Origin: Acidimicrobiales bacterium
GTDB taxonomy: Bacteria; Actinomycetota; Acidimicrobiia; Acidimicrobiales; UBA8592
Direction: 5' to 3'
DNA length: 24,000 bases
Assembly: GCA_022425805.1 (NCBI GenBank)
Contig: JAKMEQ010000014.1
Span: 17,786 to 41,785 of the forward strand
How positions within the stretch are numbered: position 1 is the stretch's first letter; each line of letters begins with the position of its first letter. The notes beneath the pieces are model-generated. The model saw nothing but the letters and a program-made list of their open reading frames with translations, was not told where the DNA came from and searched no databases. This document shows positions 8,365 to 16,745 of this stretch, piece by piece. A program made the position numbers and the translations under genes.

Positions 8365-8381
8365 GCAAACTCCTTCCACTA

Positions 8382-8909
8382 TTAATACCTAACGAAGACC
8401 GATTCTGTCGTACGGATCCATTCGTCGTTTTGGTTACGCCATTCATTGGACAAGGTAGCGTAAAGCATATGGCCCATACGTCCTTCACGTTCAAAGTAAT
8501 CACTTATCCGAACCGTTGAACGAATGACATCGCCAGGACAGATACGAGTAGCGCTATAACTCTCTCTAATCTCGGTGAGCAACATAGCCGAGTACTCTGG
8601 TGGTTCGACACCTAACTCATGTTCGCTAAATGCTGTCTGAGCAACCTTAGGCTCGGTTATCGATGGCTTCTCAGTGGCCCAAGCGAAGGGGTTAAATTCT
8701 TCTGGAGCGACAATGCCACCATATTTGGTCGTTTTTGCATAGTTCTCATCCCAGAATAATGGGGGCGGATCCTGAGGGTAATAGACCGCTATAGCCCACT
8801 TTCTGATATCCGAGACGGTGACTGGATGAGAAATTGACTCTCGCATCGTCTTACCGACAATAGCTGTCATTTCAGGGGTTACTTTCGTCGAAGAGATACC
8901 ACCACTCAT
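8382..8909 (-). CDS. FAS1-like / MaoC N-terminal-type dehydratase hot-dog protein (HadA-like, non-catalytic partner)
   Basis: 175 aa. The pattern VSDIRKWAIAV...APEEFNPF is typical of MaoC_dehydrat_N proteins. It sits immediately upstream of the catalytic-type half. Confidence 0.65.
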   Translation of the reverse strand: MSGGISSTKVTPEMTAIVGKTMRESISHPVTVSDIRKWAIAVYYPQDPPPLFWDENYAKTTKYGGIVAPEEFNPFAWATEKPSITEPKVAQTAFSEHELGVEPPEYSAMLLTEIRESYSATRICPGDVIRSTVRISDYFEREGRMGHMLYATLSNEWRNQNDEWIRTTESVFVRY

Positions 8910-8914
8910 GGTCT

Positions 8915-9145
8915 TTAATCCTGCTTGCTAATACGGTGGCTGACCATAATTCGATTGGCACTTACCCAAACGCACATTTGAGGGTCAACATCATAGAGTT
9001 CGCCTTCAATCCACTGGCCAATGCCGTCAAAGAAGCCAGTAAGGCCATTGGGCATGACAACTTTGACACGATTGTCGCCGTCGCGGGTATACATCGCCCC
9101 AGAAAAACCGTGCCTTATCGCACCATGGTTGGGATCAGTACTCAT
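8915..9145 (-). CDS. Hypothetical 76-aa protein, translationally coupled to the Rieske oxygenase gene
   Basis: There is an ATGA start/stop overlap with the upstream gene (9142..9145). It fills the space between operon genes exactly. I recognise no motif, and it has a single Cys. Confidence 0.6.
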   Translation of the reverse strand: MSTDPNHGAIRHGFSGAMYTRDGDNRVKVVMPNGLTGFFDGIGQWIEGELYDVDPQMCVWVSANRIMVSHRISKQD

Positions 9146-10533
9146 GAACTTACCGGTCCACGTTCAATATGTTCCTCTAAGAGGTCATGTTTCCACCTGA
9201 TGAGTGATTCTTGGTAACGACTTAACGCAACACCGTCTCGTCGAAGGTTCTTAAGTCCAAGATGAACCTGTTCCATATTAAAAGTATCTTGTTCAGCTAC
9301 CATTGCTAAATTCTCAAGACCTACCGCATCGGTCCAAGGGTCATCAGCCCCCAAATGGACGACTTTGGCTGGAGGCGGCCGCTCGCCAGTAAATGGAGAG
9401 ACGTAAAGCATCTCAAATATACAGGTTTCATGATCGTCGCCGTTTGGTCGGAACCTATAGACAATCCGATTAAGGGCACCCCATGGCTGGAAGTTGGGGT
9501 GGATCACATATACCCATGCATCGAGAAACTCAGCGTCGCCTAAGTCATCGACGCGTTCTCCAAAACTAGATCGAAACCGCTCGCGTCCTGCTCGGGATAA
9601 GGCATCTCGAAGAGTATCACCCTCTTCGAATGGAACAGGTAGGTCTTCACCTATGCGAACATCCAGCGAAGCGCGGAACATTTCTTCCTCTGTTGGTGTT
9701 TCTGGCAGCATGACGCAGGGGATACCTTTGGGGGAAAGTTGGCGTGCCGCGTTTCCATAGACGTCGATTTGGCTTTGCGGATCCCCCGTATAGCCCATTC
9801 CTTGGGGGTGAGTAGCATTGACATGAAAGCCTTCACAGAACGATTCGTGGGCAATCTTCCAATTACATCGGATGATCTTGGCTACGTGAGCTTGCACGTA
9901 GCGGTTCTCGAAGTCCCAGCGTTCGAAATGTTGCTGGATTTCAGGTCCGAGAAAATCGTCGAGTGATTCAGCATCGGGGTCGGGGTTAATGAATACGAAA
10001 CCGGCCCAGACCCCAACCTTAACTTCAGGTAAGGTCATTTCTTCGCTGCGAACTTCAAGGTGAGGGAAATCCCACTCAGCAGGAATATTCTTTAGGGTGC
10101 CGTCGAGGTTCCAAGCAAAGCCATGAAATGGGCACCGAAACTCACTACAGCGACCATCGTAAGTTTTTAGCGTACGCCCACGATGTAGGCAGGCATTCGG
10201 GTAAGCCTTAATTTCGTTAGGGGATACTCGCGTAACCAGATAGGACTGGTCGGCTATTTCATAGACGATGTAGCTTCCAACGTCAGGAATATGTTCCTCG
10301 CGACAGGCGAATTGCCATACTCGGCTCCATAGTCGCTCTTTCTCAAGCTCATGCCATTCACGACTGAGGTAGCGTTCTTTTGGAATATCTTTGAAGCCAT
10401 TGAGATACGGATATTGTTTACGCAAGTATTCTGGGACGGGACGCTCATCCTCATCAAGTTTATCCTGCCATGATGGGCCAGGACATCGCTCTAGTGGAAG
10501 GTCATCTGTGAGATCTTTAGAAGATAATGTCAT
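9142..10533 (-). CDS. Rieske [2Fe-2S] non-heme-iron oxygenase, alpha (catalytic) subunit
   Basis: 463 aa. The Rieske motif is CLHRG-x-CPFHG (C-x-H-x16-C-x2-H). The mononuclear iron motif is EGFHVNATH (E-x2-H-x4-H). Confidence 0.9.
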   Translation of the reverse strand: MTLSSKDLTDDLPLERCPGPSWQDKLDEDERPVPEYLRKQYPYLNGFKDIPKERYLSREWHELEKERLWSRVWQFACREEHIPDVGSYIVYEIADQSYLVTRVSPNEIKAYPNACLHRGRTLKTYDGRCSEFRCPFHGFAWNLDGTLKNIPAEWDFPHLEVRSEEMTLPEVKVGVWAGFVFINPDPDAESLDDFLGPEIQQHFERWDFENRYVQAHVAKIIRCNWKIAHESFCEGFHVNATHPQGMGYTGDPQSQIDVYGNAARQLSPKGIPCVMLPETPTEEEMFRASLDVRIGEDLPVPFEEGDTLRDALSRAGRERFRSSFGERVDDLGDAEFLDAWVYVIHPNFQPWGALNRIVYRFRPNGDDHETCIFEMLYVSPFTGERPPPAKVVHLGADDPWTDAVGLENLAMVAEQDTFNMEQVHLGLKNLRRDGVALSRYQESLIRWKHDLLEEHIERGPVSS

Positions 10534-10638
10534 AGCGGATATATTACCGGATTTCTACTCAGCGAAGAAATCACAAACTAGTGACTCTAGGCGAGTAGCT
10601 TCCCAAGTCCTGATTCCTTCAGTCATGAACACAAGGGG

Positions 10639-10709
10639 AGCGGGTGAGGGGAATCGAACCCCCGTCCTCAGCTTGGGAAGCTGATGTTCTACCATTGAAC
10701 TACACCCGC
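10639..10709 (-). tRNA. tRNA-Gly (anticodon CCC), 71 nt, CCA not encoded
   Basis: The reverse strand reads GCGGGTG-TA-GTTC-AATGGTA-GAAC-A-TCAGC-TTCCCAA-GCTGA-GGAC-GGGGG-TTCGATT-CCCCT-CACCCGC-T. This folds as a full cloverleaf with a T-loop TTCGATT and a U73 discriminator, as is usual for tRNA-Gly. Confidence 0.93.
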
Positions 10710-10751
10710 AGTCCATCAAATTCTACATCCCTAAGCTAACAGCGACTCAAA

Positions 10752-12260
10752 TTAATAAACTTGTCGGTCGCGGCCCTCCCAGTAGGGTTCCCGTAGAATT
10801 TTCTTTAGAACTTTTCCGGTGGCGTTTAATGGCAATTCTTCAACGTACTCCACGGACTTCGGGACCTTATAACCGGCGAGATTTTCTCGAGCGTAGACCA
10901 GTAAATCCATTTCTGACATAGAACAATTCGGTTGTAGGACGACAACCGCATGTACCTGTTCGCCCCAGCGTTGATCAGGAATACCGATTACGGCAGCAGA
11001 ATGAACAGATTCATGAGAGAACAGCACATCTTCGACTTCTCTCGGATAAATATTCTCACCGCCGGAGATGATCATATCTTTCTTCCGATCAGTGACGAAC
11101 AAATACCCATCTTCGTCAAGTTTCCCAAGGTCGCCAGTGTGCATCCATCCTCCACGTAAGGCAGCTGACGTTGCTTCCTCAGCGCCAAGATACCCGTCCA
11201 TGAGCGCTGGACCGCGACAGATCACTTCACCAACCTCGCCGACTTGCACATCGATGTCTTGGTCATCGACGACGCGAACCTCGAACCCATGTGCAACTAC
11301 CCCTGCTGATGCCAAGAGATGAGGTTTGTTCACAGGGTCATGGTCTTCTGGTCGCAGCGCAGTGCAGCCTGATGTTTCGGTCATTCCAAAAAGTTGGCAG
11401 AAATCAGCGCCGAAAACATCTATAGCTTTGGTTAGAACAGACGGTGGAATCGTTGACGCCCCATACGCCACAAAGTCCAGAGCCGAAAGGTTAGCTGTTT
11501 CAATATCGGGGTGATTGATGAGTAAATTGATCATCGTTGGGACAAACAAGGCATCCGTAACTTGTTTATCCTCAAGCGTTTGAATCACGTCAGCAGGATT
11601 GAAATCACGGACAACGATATTAGTTGCGCCATTGTAAGCGTATGTAAAAGACACGTTAGCTGCAATGTGGAATAGCGGAAGACCCTGAAGGAACACATTA
11701 CTAGGGTCCGGCTTGTACTCGAGCGTAAAGGACACGATACGCGCCCACAACGCCTGATTGGAGATCAGCGAACCTTTCGGCTGTCCTGTTGTTCCACTCG
11801 TGTAAAGAACGGAACATATCGCAGCAGCATCTATCGGAGATCGTTCCATTGCAGAAACCGAATCTATGGCTTGTTCATATTCGGCGCCTAGAGATAATCG
11901 GTTGGGACATCCGAGACTATCTCCGGTCTCATGGAACCCCGGACCGGTAATAAGCATCTGCGGTTCAGCGTTATCCATGATGAACGACAACTCGGGGATA
12001 GCTAGCCGGAAATTCAGGGGAACCAGAGTGACTCCCGCACGAATCGCAGCGATCTGGACTTCGAAGAATTCTGTTTCATTCATTGCTAGGAGAGCGATCC
12101 GTTCACCGCGGGAAATACCCATATTGAGAATTAGCTGGGCTAAACGATTGGCACGTTCATCAACTTCAGCGAAGGTCAGCTCATTGTTATTGACGGAGAT
12201 AGCGCACCGGTCCGGAAATTGAAACGCTGATTGCTGAATGATGTCGGGAACTATTAACAT
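10752..12260 (-). CDS. AMP-dependent acyl-CoA synthetase/ligase (FadD-like)
   Basis: 502 aa, with the AMP-binding motif LYTSGTTGQPKG, plus GWMHTGDLG and SGGENIYPREVE. Confidence 0.92.
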   Translation of the reverse strand: MLIVPDIIQQSAFQFPDRCAISVNNNELTFAEVDERANRLAQLILNMGISRGERIALLAMNETEFFEVQIAAIRAGVTLVPLNFRLAIPELSFIMDNAEPQMLITGPGFHETGDSLGCPNRLSLGAEYEQAIDSVSAMERSPIDAAAICSVLYTSGTTGQPKGSLISNQALWARIVSFTLEYKPDPSNVFLQGLPLFHIAANVSFTYAYNGATNIVVRDFNPADVIQTLEDKQVTDALFVPTMINLLINHPDIETANLSALDFVAYGASTIPPSVLTKAIDVFGADFCQLFGMTETSGCTALRPEDHDPVNKPHLLASAGVVAHGFEVRVVDDQDIDVQVGEVGEVICRGPALMDGYLGAEEATSAALRGGWMHTGDLGKLDEDGYLFVTDRKKDMIISGGENIYPREVEDVLFSHESVHSAAVIGIPDQRWGEQVHAVVVLQPNCSMSEMDLLVYARENLAGYKVPKSVEYVEELPLNATGKVLKKILREPYWEGRDRQVY

Positions 12261-12538
12261 GTAAGCAGTTTTACAACCTTTTGACGAAACAGTGAAAAAA
12301 GTTTCTAAATATATTCTTCAGATAACTTCATTAGGTAGCTGATGAAGAATGTGGACCGACCCCCAGGACTATTTGTTCCTCTAGATAGCAGCAGACCGCA
12401 ACGATAAGATAACGCACGAACCGGTATGGATTTCACCTTCTCTAGTGCCGACGAAATCGCAGCATTTATTGAACGCTACGGAAAAGACATGAGATAAGAC
12501 CCTCTGATTCTGTAAACAGGATCTAGGTCATTTCGTGT

Positions 12539-12814
12539 CTATCTTATTACCGTAGGAACCGGTATTAGCAGGGCCCGATTCGCACCGTCTTCTCGCCACA
12601 TCAGTTTAATATTCTCGGTGTCCCCGTCCGTAAATTTCGTGTCTATATTGTTACCGAACGCTGGGGAAGTGGCAGGTGCTTTAACGTTGGCTTTAGGACC
12701 GTTCCAGTCGCTATGGTGTGGGCTTGCTGAAGCGACTCCCATGGAGCCAACAAACAGGCCTATTCCTACCGCTAAGGTAGTTACCCAAACCGTGACCTTT
12801 TTTAGTGTTTTCAT
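12539..12814 (-). CDS. Small secreted protein of unknown function (91 aa)
   Basis: It has a strong RBS (GGAGG-N5-ATG) and a signal peptide, MKTLKKVTVWVTTLAVGIGLFVGSMGVASA/SP. I recognise no homolog. Confidence 0.7.
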   Translation of the reverse strand: MKTLKKVTVWVTTLAVGIGLFVGSMGVASASPHHSDWNGPKANVKAPATSPAFGNNIDTKFTDGDTENIKLMWREDGANRALLIPVPTVIR

Positions 12815-13122
12815 TTTCGCCTCCTGAGCTGTGTGCTTGTGCTAGGTAGACATCCAATAGGCCCCTTCCTTACACCCCAGTGAAGAACTATCTATGCCGG
12901 GTACAACACATGGACCTCGTCTTAGGAGGAAGCAACAACGATTATTTCTGTCGTGAAGTTAAAGCCCACGTCTGTAGGTCATTATCGAAGGGGTCGTGAA
13001 AAAGCATGTCGTGGATAGGAGCGCAGCTTCAGGTTCTCAACATAGCGGTTTCCAAAGAAAGGGGTATCAACTTCTACCCATAAATCACTACTTAAATGAC
13101 GCATTTGAAATGTATGTACTAC

Positions 13123-13150
13123 TTGACGGGGAACCACAAGGGTGTAGTTT
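13123..13150 (+). promoter_or_regulatory. Candidate promoter giving a leaderless tdk mRNA
   Basis: TTGACG (13123..13128), a 16-nt spacer, then TAGTTT (13145..13150, TANNNT type), then 6 nt, then ATG at 13157. There is no Shine-Dalgarno at a usable distance. Confidence 0.3.
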
Positions 13151-13156
13151 CTGCGT

Positions 13157-13843
13157 ATGGCAGAATTACGTTTTTTCTTTGGAACAATGGGTTCAGGGAA
13201 AAGCACGCAGGCTCTCCAAATTCGCCATAATCTTGCAGCGCGAGGACTTAACGTTATCCTCACGACACAACTTGATCGGCAAGTCGGTAAGGTCTCGAGT
13301 CGCCTCGGAGTAGAAGCCGAAGCGGAGATTGTCGATGCGAAGGTAAACTTGTTTGAACTTGCCCGCATGGCATTCGAAAAATCTGGATTGGATGCAATGG
13401 TCTGCGACGAAGCTCAATTCTACGAGCCGAAGCAAATCGAACAGTTATCTCAAGTAGTAGATGAACTCCATGTTGATGTGTATGCCTTTGGTCTCTTGAC
13501 GAGCTTCCAAGGTGAACTATTCCCGGGCACTGCTCGCCTTCTCGAACTTGCAGATGTTCGCAGTCAAGTTCAAGTAGAGGCTCGGTGCTGGTGTGGTTCA
13601 CGCGCAACACACAATGCCCGTCTCGTAAACGGTGTACAGGTTTATTCAGGTGCATTGAAAGTTGTCGGGGATACTACTGATGAGGGGACCGAAGAAACTG
13701 TGGAAGTAACCTACGAACTCATGTGTAGAAAGCATTGGCATTTGGGGTTACGTCGGCGACAGGGAGAACAACTTGAACTCCTAGACCAGCAAACTGAACC
13801 TGCAGAAATCATTAACCTCCCGCTCAAGACACCATCTCCTTAG
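13157..13843 (+). CDS. tdk: Thymidine kinase
   Basis: P-loop FGTMGSGKST, CDEAQF, and zinc-ribbon cysteines (CWCG...CRKHW). There is a C-terminal extension of about 35 aa after the conserved core. Confidence 0.9.
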   Translation: MAELRFFFGTMGSGKSTQALQIRHNLAARGLNVILTTQLDRQVGKVSSRLGVEAEAEIVDAKVNLFELARMAFEKSGLDAMVCDEAQFYEPKQIEQLSQVVDELHVDVYAFGLLTSFQGELFPGTARLLELADVRSQVQVEARCWCGSRATHNARLVNGVQVYSGALKVVGDTTDEGTEETVEVTYELMCRKHWHLGLRRRQGEQLELLDQQTEPAEIINLPLKTPSP

Positions 13844-13847
13844 GTTT

Positions 13848-15413
13848 CTAACCTGCTGGTATACCGGAGTTGGATTGAGGAGCACTATTGAATAGATGAC
13901 TTAATTCGCGTTTTAGAACTTTTCCAGATCCGGTCTTTGGAAGTTCATTTACAAAAATGATTTGTTTGGGCGTTTTTGGACCAGAAAGTCGCTGGCGGGC
14001 AAAATCAATAAGCTCAATTGCTGTGCATTCTTGATTTAAAACAACAACAGCGGATACTGCTTCCCCCCATTCTTCATCAGGGCTGGCGAGTACGGCGACT
14101 TCATGGACAGCAGGGTGATCATCCAATACGTTCTCTATTTCAGCCGGATAAACATTCACACCACCAGTAATTATCATGTCATTTTTACGGTCGCATATAT
14201 AGAAATACCCATCAGAATCTTGATAGGCAATATCCCCAACGGTTTGGAATCCATCTATATGGTCATCAAGATATTTATCATGGGACTTATAATAGGTGTT
14301 GAATAGCGCTTTAGAGCGTGCATATAACTCACCAGGAATATCCGGTTTGTCAATCACTCCTCCACTTTCATCCAGTAACCGTATCTCTACTCCAGGTGAG
14401 GGAAGTCCACACGACCCGGGTTTACGAAGTTGATCCTCGGGAGCTAAAATGGTACAAACCGAAAGTTCGGTGGATCCGTAGACTTCCCATAACGAATCCT
14501 TTGGGAAGTCCCGCAGATAAGCCTTTTTTAAAGCCATAGTCCATGGAGCAGCGTTTGCAATCATTGACTTCATTGAGGAAACATCGTATTTGTCTTTTAT
14601 CTCAGGTGGAAGAGAAGTGATTCGCCGGATAGGTGTCGGTGCGGAGAAAGTTGCACTCACGTCATAGGTTTCGACGAGTCGTAACCAATCTTCTGAATCG
14701 AATGCATATTGGCAAACAACCGTTCCACCAACCAATTGAGCGCGCCGAGCAAACCCTGAAGGTCCAGAGTGATATAGGGGTCCAGTGGTCAGAAAAGTTA
14801 GATCATCCATCTTGTCCCACCCGATAAATTCCAAAAGGGCTCCATATTGATTTATCTCACCTCCGACGCGGCGCATGGCTCCTTTAGGCTTCCCCGTTGT
14901 CCCCGAGGTGTATATCATGGTGAGCGCAGCTTCTGCCTCCCCTTCATTTTTTGGGGTTTCCGAATTCCCCAGCACAGTTTCCCAGCTGAGCACAAACGGA
15001 ATTTCATCCTCATTGCCATAGGTGATTACATGCTTGAGAGTTGGAAGATTTCTTCGAATTTTCGAAACAACCGGAATATACGCTGAATCAATGATGAGAA
15101 TTTCGACATCTGCGTTAGACAGAAGGTAGGACGCCTCTTCCGAAGTTGACTTGTACGGAATCGGGATAGACATTCCCCCGGATTTACGGATCGCATGAAT
15201 TGCAGTTAAAATCTCAAGGCTATTATTGCCCCACCATGCGATATGAGAACCCGACTGTAAACCGAGGTTGAGAAGCCCATTTGTTAATCGGTTTACCATG
15301 GCATTGAAGTCGTGGTAGTTCACTTTACGAATTGGAAATCCGGGACGGTCATCAATGACTGCGATCTGGTCTCCGATTCTTTCTGCATGGTAGGTGAGGT
15401 GATCGATTGTCAT
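13848..15413 (-). CDS. AMP-dependent acyl-CoA synthetase/ligase (second FadD-like paralog)
   Basis: 521 aa, with IYTSGTTGKPKGA, YGSTE, GDIAYQDSDGYFYICDRKNDMIITGGVNVYPAEIE and GKVLKREL. Confidence 0.92.
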   Translation of the reverse strand: MTIDHLTYHAERIGDQIAVIDDRPGFPIRKVNYHDFNAMVNRLTNGLLNLGLQSGSHIAWWGNNSLEILTAIHAIRKSGGMSIPIPYKSTSEEASYLLSNADVEILIIDSAYIPVVSKIRRNLPTLKHVITYGNEDEIPFVLSWETVLGNSETPKNEGEAEAALTMIYTSGTTGKPKGAMRRVGGEINQYGALLEFIGWDKMDDLTFLTTGPLYHSGPSGFARRAQLVGGTVVCQYAFDSEDWLRLVETYDVSATFSAPTPIRRITSLPPEIKDKYDVSSMKSMIANAAPWTMALKKAYLRDFPKDSLWEVYGSTELSVCTILAPEDQLRKPGSCGLPSPGVEIRLLDESGGVIDKPDIPGELYARSKALFNTYYKSHDKYLDDHIDGFQTVGDIAYQDSDGYFYICDRKNDMIITGGVNVYPAEIENVLDDHPAVHEVAVLASPDEEWGEAVSAVVVLNQECTAIELIDFARQRLSGPKTPKQIIFVNELPKTGSGKVLKRELSHLFNSAPQSNSGIPAG

Positions 15414-15511
15414 AGTTCAATCTACAATAACTTCACTCAGGTAAAAAAGTCATTTCATTAATCACGGACGGGGTTGACTTTCATGTGGTAACTGCCACTA
15501 GTCTGCTCTTC

Positions 15512-16081
15512 GTGATCCTTTCTGATAAAACACTCCGAGAACACCTAGCATCTGGAAGAATTATCATTGAACCTCTGGGGGAAAATGCAATCCAACCGAG
15601 TTCAGTTGACTTGCGGATTGATTCACAGTTCAGAGTCTTTCGAAATCATTCACTCGGCATCATCGATGTCAAACGTAACCTCGAAGACCTGACGGAACTT
15701 GTAACGATCTCTAACGATGATCCGTTTATTCTCCACCCAGGAGAATTTGTTCTTGGTAGTACGTTAGAACGGGTCGTTGTCCCAGAAGATTTAGTCGCTC
15801 GACTTGAAGGAAAGAGTAGTTTGGGAAGACTCGGCTTACTTATCCACTCCACAGCCGGATTTGTGGATGCTGGATGGGATGGGCAGCTTACTCTTGAACT
15901 ATCAAACGTTGCTAACCTTCCGATTACCTTGTATTCCGGAATGAAGATTGGGCAAATAAGCTTTCAACAGATGACAACTCCGGCAGAAAATCCCTATGGT
16001 TCAGATCCGTTAGGTTCGAAGTATCAAAATCAGATTGGTCCCAGACCAAGTAGATATTGGGAGAATTTTGGAAAGAGCTAA
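15512..16081 (+). CDS. dcd: dCTP deaminase (similar to the bifunctional dCTP deaminase/dUTPase type of mycobacteria)
   Basis: From the GTG at 15512 the product begins (M)ILSDKTLREHL, matching the conserved Dcd N-terminus (M. tuberculosis MLLSDRDLRAEI). It also has PSSVDLR, HPGEFVLGSTLE, LEGKSSLGRLGL and LELSNVANLPI. The track start at 15485 adds 9 non-conserved residues. Confidence 0.9.
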   Translation: MILSDKTLREHLASGRIIIEPLGENAIQPSSVDLRIDSQFRVFRNHSLGIIDVKRNLEDLTELVTISNDDPFILHPGEFVLGSTLERVVVPEDLVARLEGKSSLGRLGLLIHSTAGFVDAGWDGQLTLELSNVANLPITLYSGMKIGQISFQQMTTPAENPYGSDPLGSKYQNQIGPRPSRYWENFGKS

Positions 16082-16718
16082 TCTCTGGAAACCTCAAAGG
16101 CTGTTCGTCCTTCTCGTTATCCTAACGATTGTCGGACTTTTCTTATCCGGCGCTTTCGGATTTCTTCATGATCGACAACGGGTTGAAGATTTTTTCCAAG
16201 ATTCCGGAGCTCTTGGCCCCCTTATTTATGTCCTTTCCTTTGTTGCTGCTCAACCGCTAAGTCTCCCAGGGGCAGCTTTGATCATCCCTGCGACTTTTGT
16301 ATGGACATGGTGGCAAGTTTTCATATACAGCATGCTTGGTGGAATTGTCGCTAGTTGTGTCGGATTTGCATTGTCTCGGTGGATTGCCCAAGAGTGGGTA
16401 AGAAAAAGGCTCCCCAAAAAACTTCTTATCTGGGATCAACGGATACAAGACAATGCTTTCGCCGCAGTAGTTGCTCTACGGCTGATAGCTGGGTACGCAC
16501 CTGCAGCCGACTGGGTTCTGGGAATATCTAAAGTTCGATGGCGCGATTTTTTTATTGGTACAGTTCTTGGACTAGGGCCAATCACATTGCTGCTAGCTAT
16601 TTTCGGCGACGATACCGTCCGTTGGGTTCAAACAGCACCATTGCTCGTTCTATCTGTGCTTTTGTTTTTGGCGTGTTTAGTTATTGTGGTAAAAAAATTT
16701 CGCCATACAGGAAATTAG
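16035..16718 (+). CDS. TVP38/TMEM64 (DedA-related, SNARE-associated) family membrane protein; start uncertain
   Basis: Multi-pass membrane protein with the family-typical core (PLSLPGAALIIPATF...GG...S..GF.LSRW). There is no ATG. The TTG at 16035 overlaps dcd by 47 nt, and the TTG at 16068 is an alternative. Confidence 0.8.
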   Translation: MVPDQVDIGRILERANLWKPQRLFVLLVILTIVGLFLSGAFGFLHDRQRVEDFFQDSGALGPLIYVLSFVAAQPLSLPGAALIIPATFVWTWWQVFIYSMLGGIVASCVGFALSRWIAQEWVRKRLPKKLLIWDQRIQDNAFAAVVALRLIAGYAPAADWVLGISKVRWRDFFIGTVLGLGPITLLLAIFGDDTVRWVQTAPLLVLSVLLFLACLVIVVKKFRHTGN

Positions 16719-16745
16719 TGCCGATATATCAAACGTCAGTCAGCG

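Noticed and set aside
10391-10684. Plus-strand 97-aa ORF
   Set aside because: It runs antisense through the Rieske oxygenase N-terminus and across the tRNA-Gly gene, so it is spurious.
10533-10752. tRNA-Gly as an integration site, with the adjacent Rieske operon as a genomic island
   Set aside because: There is no integrase or recombinase in the window. I could not find a repeated copy of the tRNA 3' end, and by eye there is no obvious compositional break. Ruling it out properly would need a genome comparison.
12313-12350. Alternative hairpins (ATTCTTCA 12313..12320 or CTTCAT 12326..12331, each pairing with ATGAAGAAT 12342..12350), possibly an attenuator or terminator
   Set aside because: The stems are short (6-8 bp) and AT-rich, the loop is large, and there is no clean U-tract. 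This is within what chance produces in an AT-rich spacer.
12426-12497. 23-codon ORF MDFTFSSADEIAAFIERYGKDMR, reminiscent of an acyl-CoA dehydrogenase N-terminus (possible gene remnant)
   Set aside because: The similarity is limited to MDF plus general character. It is too short to support a pseudogene call without a database search.
12982-13435. Track ORFs 12982..13368 (-), 12996..13313 (+) and 13193..13435 (-)
   Set aside because: They overlap the well-supported tdk gene or its promoter, and have no RBS or motifs.
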